A stretch of 64,000 nucleotides of DNA from Balanoglossus misakiensis (lineage: Eukaryota; Animalia; Hemichordata), in assembly GCA_040954595.2 (NCBI GenBank), contig CM082580.2:5771419-5835418 (forward strand), in the 5' to 3' direction. Below are positions 21,481 through 32,531 of this stretch, piece by piece (position 1 is the stretch's first letter; each line of letters begins with the position of its first letter). A program made the translations under genes and the position numbers. The notes under the pieces are model-generated. The model worked only from the letters and a program-made list of their open reading frames with translations, was not told the origin of the DNA and made no database searches.

Positions 21481-23659
21481 ATGTTCGGAAGGCGCAGAAT
21501 GGGTTGCATTGAACTGCTGAAGCTGCTGACGTTTTCAGTGTTGGGTTTCTCAGCGAGGAGCTTGTTTGACACGTTGGGACGACAGACACTGCGCCCAAGC
21601 TGTGCAGATTGTCAAGTCACCAAGTGTGCAACACTGAAACCGGAGAGCGTGGACAAGCTGCAAGGTCACGACCTTGCCAGGACTCGCAGCGGCGACATCC
21701 ACGAGGATTTCAAACCAAAGACGATGTATGAAATGCTCCGATGGACTTACTTCACCGAGAAACACGTCTATGAGAATCTGGATGACGACCCGAGAATCGG
21801 TCTGATAGGCAACTACAAGCTGGACGTCCAGGACATTTTGTCGCAGGCCATGGCGATCGTCGCCAGCCACGACCCCGACCCGTCGCGGTACACCTTAAAC
21901 AGACTAGTCAACGGATACAGACGTGTGGATGCTCTGAAAGGGGCCGAGTACATCTTGGACCTGGAGGTGAAAAATTCCGTTTCGAGGAGCCTGGAGGAAA
22001 GGAGAGTGTACCTGGTGAAGCCCTTCGGTGAGGTTTCCAGTCCGCCAAGACCGTTTGGCGAGAAGTCAGAGACGGTGAATTTCATCATATCCGTCTCTGG
22101 ACTCACCGATCGATTTGTGACGTTCATGGAACGATACGAGGAGACGTGTATCAAGGGCGGCGAAAACACCAGCCTCCTCGTTGTCCTCTTCGCCGCCGAC
22201 ACGGCCGACGAGCAGATTGCGGTGGACGACGTCAAGAGTTTAATGCAGCAATACCAGGAAGATTACCCATCCGCTCTGATAACGTACATCGAAACCACGG
22301 GCCCGTTTTCTCGCGCCGTTGGGCTGGATGTCGGAGTCAAGCAGTACCCGAAGGACGCCCTTCTGTTCCTGTCTGACATCGATGTCGACTTTGACGCGGG
22401 TTTTCTCAATCGCTGCCGGCAGAACGCAGTGTACAGACAGCTGGTTTACTTCCCGATTGTCTTTTCCCTTTATGATCCCCAGCTTATTTATCAAGATGCT
22501 GAAGTACCAGCTGAGCCAAGCAAAGACATCAACAAACATAATGGTGTGTAATGCTCATCACTAATGATTGTTAGTGTAAATGCCACCCAGGGGCCAATTA
22601 GTTCAGGGATTTTTACATAGCTTAGGACAGTCTGTGTGGGTAATAGTTAGTTATAAGTTAGTAGCAAGCCTAAACTTGGGACCTTCAGTGAGGATAGACT
22701 GGAAGCGGGTATTTACAGCTGAACTACCGGTAATATTTTTATAGCGACTGTTTCAACATCTCTGTGGGATGCAGAAAAGTATGGGACAAATGCACATTAG
22801 ATTTATACTTGTTTGTATTAGCCAGGCCCCTTACTCACCTTCATCTGTATCCAGCCTCTAAGAGAAATGAAATCCACATCATAGTTTGCAAGTATCACCA
22901 TGACAACATCCATATTGTCCCATTTACTTCCCTGACACAGGTTTCTGGGTTCACTATGGTTACGGCATGGTTTGTCTGCATGCCCTGGACTACCACATTG
23001 TTGGCGGTTTCGACGTGACGATACACGGCTGGGGTGGAGAGGATGTGGACCTCTACAACAGGTTCATCAAGAGCGACATTAAGGTGAGTCTCTGCCTTAG
23101 ATAGGTTTTCACTTTGTGCTAGGGGGTCAAATCACATTTGCCTTTGTAAAGTCATCCAACTCAGACTTTTCACATTTTTTATTTTTTTCTGTTACAAAGT
23201 ACATGAGGTTTCAGAATGACTGAATATGGCTTTAGCTTAAGAACTCCCATTTCTTAAACATGGTTAAAATCAGCCATCTTGAAATTGTGTCGACCATGTG
23301 AGATTTTTATCACTCACCTAGGTAGCAAAACCCTGTTTAAGGTAGGGAGAATTATCCAGGGTTCTAAACGTGCTGGAAGTCCCTGGAAAGTTTTGTTATA
23401 ACAGATCAAGACTTTTGTAATAAAATGCTTAACTACTCAGTTGCAAGAAGAAAACTGAAACATAGCACGTTCACTTTGTATCTCTCAGGTCTTTCGATCA
23501 GTTGACCCTGCTCTGACCCATCGCTACCACCACAAGTCATGTGACCCACTTCTCACTTCAGATCAGTATCGGATGTGCGTCGGGGCTCTGGCGGAGTCCA
23601 TTGGGTCCAAGTCTCAACTCGCCAGGAAAATGCTGGGCCTGAAAGCGCCCAAAACGTAG
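21481..23659 (+). CDS. Chondroitin sulfate N-acetylgalactosaminyltransferase / chondroitin synthase family glycosyltransferase, ~458 aa
   Basis: Exons 21481-22543, 22941-23083 and 23489-23659. Type II signal-anchor (MFGRRRMGCIELLKLLTFSVLGF), GYRRVDALKGAEYILDL, DxD motif FLSDIDVDF, VYFPIVFSLY, GFWVHYGYGM, the beta4-GT motif GWGGEDVDLY, and HRYHHKSCDPTLTSDQYRMC. A splice acceptor precedes the ATG at ~21432. Confidence 0.92.
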
Positions 23660-24146
23660 AAAAATGTCACCTTTTTTACCACCGTTGTTTGGGTCGACCC
23701 ATGCTATATGCACAGGTGAGGTTGGATCCACTCATGGAGAATTGGTAGTGGAAGGGTCTATTTGTAAGATACTTGAAATACACAAACACATACCTTGGGT
23801 ACATCTTAGGTAATGGTCAGTGCAATGTAATTTCATAACACATTGAATGAGCGCAGTGTTTCATATGTGGCATGTTAATTATACCTCTATCAAGGTGTGG
23901 ACTGCCATTCTGAATAACACTTGACCCCCCCCCCCCACCCCCTAGCTTATTTCATTGCATCATTTTGATGATTATTTTAATCTGAATCAGAAGTTTGTCT
24001 CAGGACACTGGTAACCAGCTGATCTTTGACTTATTTTTGTGCATATTAAAATCCTACAAATGTAACTACACATTGTTTTTGGTACACCTTGTAAAATGGC
24101 CACCACGGTGTACTACAGAAATATTGTATTTTTTTCATAGAGCTTT

Positions 24147-24295
24147 ATGATGAGATGCGATGTGATGTGATGTGACGTGATATGACGTGATGTGACGTTA
24201 TGTGATGAGATGCGATGTGATGTGACGTTATGTGATGTGACGTTATGTGACGTTATATGATGAGATGCGATGTGATGTGATGTGATGTGACGTGA
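24147..24295. repeat. (GTGAT/GTGAC)n pentanucleotide microsatellite
   Basis: Degenerate tandem tgtga/tgtgac/tgcga units. Confidence 0.9.
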
Positions 24296-25263
24296 AGATA
24301 AATTTGCCTAGCTTACCGTGTGCACCTTTAATTGCTTTGGTACGGGGAGAGAGAATCCCTGTCCACTTCAGTTTTACATCCGCTAAACCGTTTCAGTTGA
24401 GTACGTCATCCGGCTACTTGTAATCGAGCTGTTTTTGTATGTTTTTTTACGGCTAGGAATGCGATAAGTGTGGAGAAGTCGAGGCTGTACATGTCCCTTT
24501 CAACACACTAAGCGTTGGCCACGTTTCTGCTTGAGCCTCTGTTTTTTGTCAATAACGCAGGTAGTCTTACTAATTACGTGTTTTTTTAGTATTCTGATCG
24601 TCTCAGGTCGTGACTCCTAGTCCTAAACGAACAGGACTACATGTGTTCAACACATGTATTGTGTTCATACATCGAAATGGTGAAGTGTTTCTTTTTTATA
24701 TTATTCCCAGCCGAAGTGGTTTATGGTTTGTGTCGCTAAATTAATGTTCATCAACCGATCATCAGGGTACTTTAGTTATCTTGGACGGGCTTTTTCCTCT
24801 TTTGAGAGATTTGTGACCCTCAAAAGGGTGTTGCATGCATCTTTTTTATGACATCCCTTTGAAAGAACTTCTGTCAACCGCCATGGGACAATTTCATTCA
24901 CAAAGGAGGAAATCACCCTTTGATCGAGGACTGTGGGAAGATTGGAACTGCACAGGTTACCATGGTTACCGTTGATCGATTCTCAAGGACAGGTCAAGCC
25001 GACCTGGACTGATGTCGACTTGCTGAGTCCGGGTTGTCAGTCTAGACTCGTAACTCGTCGAACGCGATACTAAATTATGCCCGGAAAATGAAAACGAGGA
25101 AACTTAAGCTTGTCGAGTTGCAGCTGTTTTTCCCGCTATTGGGGATAATTTTACTTTTTTATGACTCAAAGGATGGATTGCCCGCAAAGTTAAGTGATTC
25201 TAACGTTTTGAAGTAGGACATATTTATGTGCCGTGTCCCTGGCTTGTCTCAATTCTTTATTAA

Positions 25264-25348
25264 CCCTTTTCACCACAATGGTTTGATCCAAATCTATTGC
25301 TTTCTATGGTAAAGTTGGATCTCTCGAAAGGAAATGGGGGTGAAAGGG
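25264..25348. mobile_element. Small piggyBac-type MITE (~85 bp)
   Basis: TTAA|CCCTTTTCACC...GGTGAAAGGG|TTAA: CCC/GGG termini with a TTAA duplication. Confidence 0.7.
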
Positions 25349-27454
25349 TTAAAGGTACCACGGCACTCACTTTTGAAAGTATTTGGTAATTTCATGTCTG
25401 TAGGGAGATTCATCAAGTTTAAAATGCTTCCTTGAAAGGGGGGTGGTGTTCCACTTGGAACAGTCGAAATTTCAGACGCACTGTACTGTACAATTCCAAA
25501 GCACCATAAAATGTTTATAAATTACCTCAACGCACATTCACAGATGTTTGCAATTTTCCACTTTTCCCTCGTGAGTGGTGTGAGAACCTGCAAGGGCACA
25601 GTCATTCTGCTTAAGTCGTTTCCAAATTCCATCCTTCTTTCCGAATGTATCATTTACCCGTTTTGTGCAACTTATTTATCTCACAGATGCTTTAATATCA
25701 AGAGATGTTAGACTTCATTCCGTTTAGGTTCCTTTGAATTTTCATAAATTACCAACGGGGAATAACTTTAGTATGTGTTTCTGTGTGTATCAGAGTTAGA
25801 CTACAGTCATTCCATTTCTGGTGAACCCAGATTTGTTGGGAATAGCAACTATCCGTTCTAACCTCATATCATCAACAAGCTCTTGAATTACAGTGTCAGT
25901 CATCCAAAAAAGAAAAGAAAAAAGTTTTCTCACACCCCCATCCAAACAGAACCAACATTAAACATTCAGTATGAGTTAATTGCTCAAAGATGTGACAAAA
26001 ACGGTGCGTATATGTCAGCACATGCCAAGATAACGTTTGTGTAAACTTTGGCTAGTATTACTGTTGGCACAAAGCTGTGTTGATTGTCAGACACAGCAAG
26101 TCCAGCGATGCAATGTGTGTATGTCTTTCATCCACGACGGCCCCCAACAACTTGACCTCTGACCTTTTGCTTTCTTCCGTGGGCATGTGTTCGTTGAAGT
26201 GCCTGGGAACAGGCGAGGTACCACTGTGTCATTCACCTTGAAAACAATTTAATGTAAGAAAAGTTAAAGTAATAAAGTATTGTTTAGTCTGTGGTTGAAT
26301 CTGATGAATGTACAGCGTGGTAAATGTAATTGTAGGGTCTGCTAAACAGAAATAAAGAGTCTATTGAAATATTGTTGAAAAATATCCTTTGATCTTTGAG
26401 ATAGCATACATCGATTTTTGTGTGTCACAAGCCTATACAAAATGTACTTGATATTTTTTAACAAAATATTTTGAACAGGCACTATATTGGGCTTTCGTTC
26501 ACAAAAGGGGAGCTATGTACAGTCTTGCAAACCTGGATTAAGATAGTTGCATCTATGTTGTAAGTGTCAATTTCTTGACAAAATGTTTACGCTGAGGTAA
26601 ATACAGCTACGTATATTATAATCAAGTAGCAGATAGGATCTCAAAAATGCGTGATGTCCGTCTAGGCAAGCTTTAGTTTTCTCTTAGTTGGGGCACAAAC
26701 CCCACAAACGCTAGAGATGCTGTGATTTACAGTTTTGCTAAGACTAGCCCACTTGTCGCTTGGTGAAATTTAGTTTTTATAAAGATTCTTGGACATCTCG
26801 TTATATTTATTCGTTACTTTTCGTGTGCCCCGCTATCTCAGGCATGACGCTACTCGTTCACTCCACACACGCTATAGAGACTCGGAAATTGTTTCTAAAT
26901 TGTTTTAATTATTAAATACTTAAGCCAATAGACTTGGGGCGAGTCTAGGCTTCGATGTCTGTTTTGCTGTTCCACCAGGTTCAAGTTGAAAACAGAACTG
27001 ACTTGTGAGGGGCAATGACGCCCCCCCCCAAAAAAAATAACAATTTTAACGGGTTTTGTTAATAGGAAAATTTTGTTTTTAACCAGGGAGATCCGTACGT
27101 ACTTCATCCAGTGCCACGTCTTCGTGTGTAGTCTGACGCGGTAGTTTTGATTATCGATGGTTTTTTGCCGTCAACAGTAGAGCGAGATGTAATACTGTGA
27201 GTCTTGGTGATGATTTAGGCCAACACCAAACCCATGTCATCGATGCGGTGTGGAATAAAGGAACTGAACATTTTTTTTAGCCAGATGTGTAAACGTTAAA
27301 CCGCAGTCCCTCACGTGGTTAACCACGACGATTGATATTAAGGTCTTGTGTTTACGCTTGCGACAGATTGCTCTCACGCTATCTAAACCATTTACAAAAA
27401 GTTTGTGGTCATTCTGGATTATTAACCCGCAAGTATTGAGAGAAGTCAATCTGA

Positions 27455-27592
27455 GGGAGCTTTCAGTTATTATGAGGGGTGGGCCGGGAGAATTTGGGAG
27501 GGATACACTTTACGTATACATGACGGGCCATCCCCCATTCCCCCCCCCCCCCGCGACCAACCCACCCCCATGCATAATAACTGAACACTCCC
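27455..27592. mobile_element. Short Harbinger-like MITE
   Basis: Imperfect TIRs GGGAGCTTTCAGTTATTATG...CATAATAACTGAACACTCCC flanked by TGA/TAA (degenerate 3-bp TSD). Confidence 0.6.
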
Positions 27593-28485
27593 TAACTAGT
27601 GACACCATTTCGGTTTCTTGGCTCAGTGCGTGCTGGCTATAAAATTGAACTTAAACGTATTTGTCGCGTCTCTATCTTGAAGCTCGGCTATTATACGTGG
27701 TTTGGCAGATTTCTCTAGATTTAAGTGCCGTTAGAATTTGACTTGCGCGCCTGGCGGTTGCGTATTTCGTTGGAATTGGTAATTGGTAACTTTCGCGTTT
27801 TCGCGACATGCAGTGAAGCTTAAAGATTACAAGACGTTTCATGACATCGTTTTAACGAGAAAAGCAAGAAATTTCGTTACTATCTGAGTATTAATACTTG
27901 GATTCTTTTTTGTATTGGCCGTACTAAAACTGAAAATGAACAATTTTAGTAGAAATTGTTATGAAAGTGCACACAACTTCGCAGTTTTGACACCTCTGCT
28001 GATGTTGCGCTTGTATCACCCGGAAACGCGAGGAATCTGAGAACATGCCTCCATGCGAACTCAAAAGCAAGTAACAACTGCTGCGGTACTGATAATCTAT
28101 TAAAATATGAGAATCTTTACAAATGTACCGCACGATGAGAAACTTTTCTTCGCAGACAGGGGCACCCGGGTCAGATCTATTCCCGGGCAAATCATGCGTA
28201 TCGTGATTTTAAAAACATATGTAGGTCTGCGAGGATTTTTTTTGCACACAACTGCGCCCGTCCATCGAGAGAAGCTTCATCTAATGATATAAAGTAAACA
28301 CTATGTCCCGTGCTTGTTTTTTTTTAGCAGAGCCACTTGCAGCTACCATAGAACAAAAGTGTGACCTACTTAGCGCGAGAGTACACGAAAAGAGCTGACT
28401 CAGCACTTTACCCCCGTAGTTTAGACCTAACTGAAAAAGGACGAGAACTGAGTATTTTTAAAGATGTTAAAAATTCGTTGATGTG

Positions 28486-28517
<32 letters not shown>

Positions 28518-28754
28518 GGGGGGGGGGGAGTTCTGTAACTATACTTCACCATCGACGTGTGTATTTACACGGAACAAAACAACATAAGCTACTGAACTCC
28601 GTTGTGTGCTCATTTTCCGCGGGTTTCTGCAATTTCGATACACAACGTGTTTTATGTGGACTGGCTATAGCAGATGCGCCAGCGTTTGACAATGCAAATA
28701 GCGTCTGCATACCAGCCAACTTTATACGGATAAAACTGCGCTCTGGTGTAGGTT

Positions 28755-28868
28755 CAATCTGATTAAAATCAGATGTAGGGAATGGCGACGTGGTTTTTTA
28801 TGCTGTCGCCTCACTCTACATAAACAAAACCACGTCGCCGTTCCCTACATCTGATTTTAATCAGATTG
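28755..28868. mobile_element. Hairpin MITE with 9-11 bp target duplication (Mutator-like)
   Basis: Arms CAATCTGATTAAAATCAGATGTAGGGAATGGCGACGTGGTTTT and AAAACCACGTCGCCGTTCCCTACATCTGATTTTAATCAGATTG, flanked by the direct repeat GTGTAGGTT (28746-28754 and 28869-28877). Confidence 0.8.
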
Positions 28869-29064
28869 GTGTAGGTTCTGCCAAATATATCCACTTTTAA
28901 GTGTTCACGGCACAGGTGGCCAAATATTGTGATTGAACTGGGCGATCAAGTTCCGCGGACGAGGTCAGTGACCTCCACTACCACCCGGTGACATTCGACT
29001 GTCTGTCAAAGCCAAGATATAAATGCTGTTCGTGCCATTCCCATGTGACACCGATGCACTTTTA

Positions 29065-29250
29065 AGGTTCACGGTCACCTCCAATTTACATACGCCCATA
29101 TATGGTTAAAATGGAGCACTTTAGTGTTCTAAAGAACAAATGGTGGTGATCTATTTTTTCGCGTGTGCCACCCACTAAAAATCGGTGATTGGCCATATCT
29201 CAATTTGCCATGGTAACTGTAGCTAAATTTACATAGGTGACCGTATACCT
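29065..29250. mobile_element. TTAA-specific MITE family B, second copy (inverted relative to 18310-18495)
   Basis: Termini AGGTTCACGGTCACC...GGTGACCGTATACCT|TTAA. The internal sequence (CAATTTACATACGCCCATATATGG, CGCGTGTGCCACCCAC) is the reverse complement of the first copy. Confidence 0.82.
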
Positions 29251-30696
29251 TTAATACAACTGTAGAGCTATATATCAGGGATGTACGCGCTGGACGTTAA
29301 CTTGTAAATTGCGCAAATGCATCTTTTTTCCATAGATTACATTGAAAACAGCTAGAAAACTCACTTCTACTATTGTCATTTAATGAAATTTTACACATGG
29401 CTCAGTCAAAAAAAAGATAAATAAATCAGTGCTACCAAAGACAACCAAGACAGGTGTACTTGTTTTCTCTAGACTCTCTCACAGCCCACGGTTCGCTACA
29501 CAGCTCTTCACTGATGCGCCCTCAACTGTTTATCAAATGAGTAGCTCCATATGGTGTTGTCAATAAGCCTGCATTTGCGACGAGAGGGGATGTGAGATAG
29601 TGTCTAGTGTTTTCTCCTAAGGTCCATAGTATAATCATGGTAGTATTAAGACGTCGTCGGCTTTTTGTTCTCCAAACAGTCCGTCGCACTCTACCTCAGT
29701 GTGCGAATAGCAGATATTCGCAAGCAACATAGTATTTAACTGTCAATGAAATTGGGGTAGGGTATATTACCATTAACGACACCATTATCAACTGGATTAA
29801 TTGAATGTGCCAAATCTCCGTTTTGCAACATAGACGAGCGCCACCAGAAGGCCGAATCTTTCTTGGTCATCCTGACTACGGCCATGTGTGATACGGTTGT
29901 CTTGTGTACACTGAAGTACAGGTGCACTATACAGGGCCGTGTTGACTGGCGGCAAATTACTTACAAGTTTGTTTCTATTAATAACCACATTTTCGGGAGA
30001 ATTTGTTCTGTAGAATTTACAAGGTTGTACTCGACCCATGCACTTCAACAAAACTGTAAATTACGAAGGTTGTTGGCCACATTTGTACTTTTGCGAAGTT
30101 CACGACTGTTGTCGTAAAGAGGCTGTGGTTTACACGATCATGAGATCACGTACCGGTGAGGGCGTCAACAACAAGCTCACATTCACAGTATTAATGCGCG
30201 TCGAGTTTATGATTCATGGTGACGAAAAACGCCACAAAATCGGACGAGCAAAGTGTTTGCTGACAGTCTGGGGATAAATCAACCAACTACTATATTTATA
30301 ACGCATTTGGCAATAAACGCATCGTATAACTCGAGTATTAATACACACATTTTTTTGTAAATTTTACAAGTTCGTACTTGACCAGTGCGCACGAAGCTAG
30401 TGTAATGAACTTGAACGATGGACCCAGCCAGGATTGTACCTATCAAAGTGAAAATACAATCCCACTCTTAGATGGAAAAAAGTCACCATTCCTCCTGTAC
30501 AGCAAAGGTCAAGTTCAAGCTCAACGCCCCTTCAGTGAACTAGAATGAGATTGTACGAACTCTAAGAGCACTCATTACAATCGATTTGACCGAAGCACAA
30601 AAACTGCCACTTAACTGCGAGTTAGAAGTTCACGTGACAGATATGCCGATTTCGCCCGTTGTTTAGATGGCAAAAAGCCACTACAGTGATGTACAC

Positions 30697-30737
<41 letters not shown>

Positions 30738-31971
30738 AGAGAGAGTCAGAGAACAATAATTGAAGAATTTCGTTTATGACTTGCGGAATGCCGGCGTACT
30801 TGACCAATGCACTCGAACGGTAAGTACAGACATTACTGTAGTGTTTGCATGGTAAATATGAATCGCAAGGGAATGTTACATTACTATGTGTGACAGTTGT
30901 ATGCACTAGGCATTGGCAGTCGAAACTCGACGGTGACACACGCGAATGAAAGTGTGCTCCTTTGAAGCGTCGTTGATGGCGACGATGAATGTAGAATGTC
31001 CCCCGTTCTCGCTCCGGTTGCTGTTACGTCGTCGAAACTGCAAGATATTTTAAGATCAAAAACTTCAATCGTGACAATGAAATAACAACGTCAACACTTG
31101 GAGAAAAATATCACCAAGTAGGAGTTTTCGGGGCCCGGACAGTTCATGCAGTTTGCAAAACGACACGGGATCAATAACTCTTTTAGGGGTGTGATTCGGG
31201 GTGCACGAAATAAGTACGCCTATGTGAAGTGATTGGCAGAATATTTTTATTGCATTTTATTAATAACCGGCTTTACGGAATTTTATTTATAGCGTTTCAG
31301 GAGGTCGAACCTGTCAGCTTGGATTGTTCTTTTTTTACGACCGTCGGAGATACTCCGAGGTGGCACCACCACTTGGATTTCTTCCAAGACGCTGATTTTT
31401 TTGACGAGGTAAGGCGACGTCGCCGCCGAACACAAGAGGTGCGGCGCGGTCTACTTCTCTTGTCAAGGTTGTTTCCGCCCTCAACATACATTCACCGTGT
31501 CCCAAGCATACTTTATGCGCAATCTCGCAAAGGGTCATTTTTTTCCTGGACTCACAGAGACACGTTTGCGAGCAGACATATACGCCACGCATGCAAAGTT
31601 AACGCAAAACGCCATACGACTGAAACATGCTGTAATCGCACTGACCCTGCACGTGCTTGCGGTGGTCATTATCGCGAGAATGGGATGATGGGAATGCTTC
31701 ATAGCGGAGATGGTTGCCATGGTTGCAATTGATCCACATAAAGTGACACTGTGGTTTTTCCCCCCTAAATATGTACAAGTGTAGGATTTACCGTTTCTGG
31801 AGTGTTCTTGGGAAAAAATGCTGGCAAATTGTCACGTGGCACCTTGGCCAATTTTAAATTATCATAACTCACTGCAATTTACAATTGTAATATAATGCGA
31901 CGCAGTACGGCCGCGTTATGATCCCACTTGTGTCAAGCGCCAATCTGAACAATAACCTACTCAATATAACA

Positions 31972-32531
31972 ATGAAAGTGCGTGGAAAGTTTGTTGTATC
32001 GCTTCTGAAGATGCAGATAACCAAAGACTCCTGATTTGTACTTCGCATTTCGCGAATACGGCGCTACTTCAACCACGATCACTACAGCATGCAAAGGAAT
32101 ACTGTGTATGCTTCAACAAGATTTTCCCGAGAAGGAATCCGAATACAGACAAGAACATTTTGAGTTTTTAGTGAACACATTATTGGATAACTTCTACCCG
32201 TTCCCGAGGCTATGGCGGTTGTTGTTTTACCTGCCGGAGGGACCCGTGTTTATAGACGATGATATCGCCTGAGACATATAGACGAATCATGGAACTCGAG
32301 CGTATGATTGGGTCTCTACAAACAGCTGAACAACCAGTCCGGTCTATTAGCTGCCAGGTGTACAGTTTTCTGACGGCATTCTCATTTCTGAAGACATCGA
32401 AGGATAACTTGCACGTTTCAGGGGGCTGCATCGCGCATGCAGAGCAACGCTGCGGGCAATACGCAATGTCGGCCCGCGTGTCAAGAGTACTTGGTCCTAT
32501 TAAAGTTAATCGCCAACAGACACACCGATAA
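31972..32531 (+). pseudogene. Possible decayed intronless ORF (two frameshifts), origin unknown
   Basis: Three consecutive segments in different frames join into a protein-like sequence (MKVRGKFVVSLLKMQITK / LYFAFREYG...FYLPEGPVFIDDD / SPETYRRIMELERMIGSL). No family is recognised. Confidence 0.2.

Noticed and set aside
31297-31491. Arg/Lys-rich 64-aa ORF as a protamine-like or viral core protein
   Set aside because: It is short, overlaps other equally plausible frames, and has no independent support. It is kept only as part of the weak relic hypothesis.
31975-32060. THAP zinc-finger-like reading (W...LICTSHF)
   Set aside because: No upstream CxxxxC or FP motif and no adjoining transposase sequence could be found, so it is likely chance.
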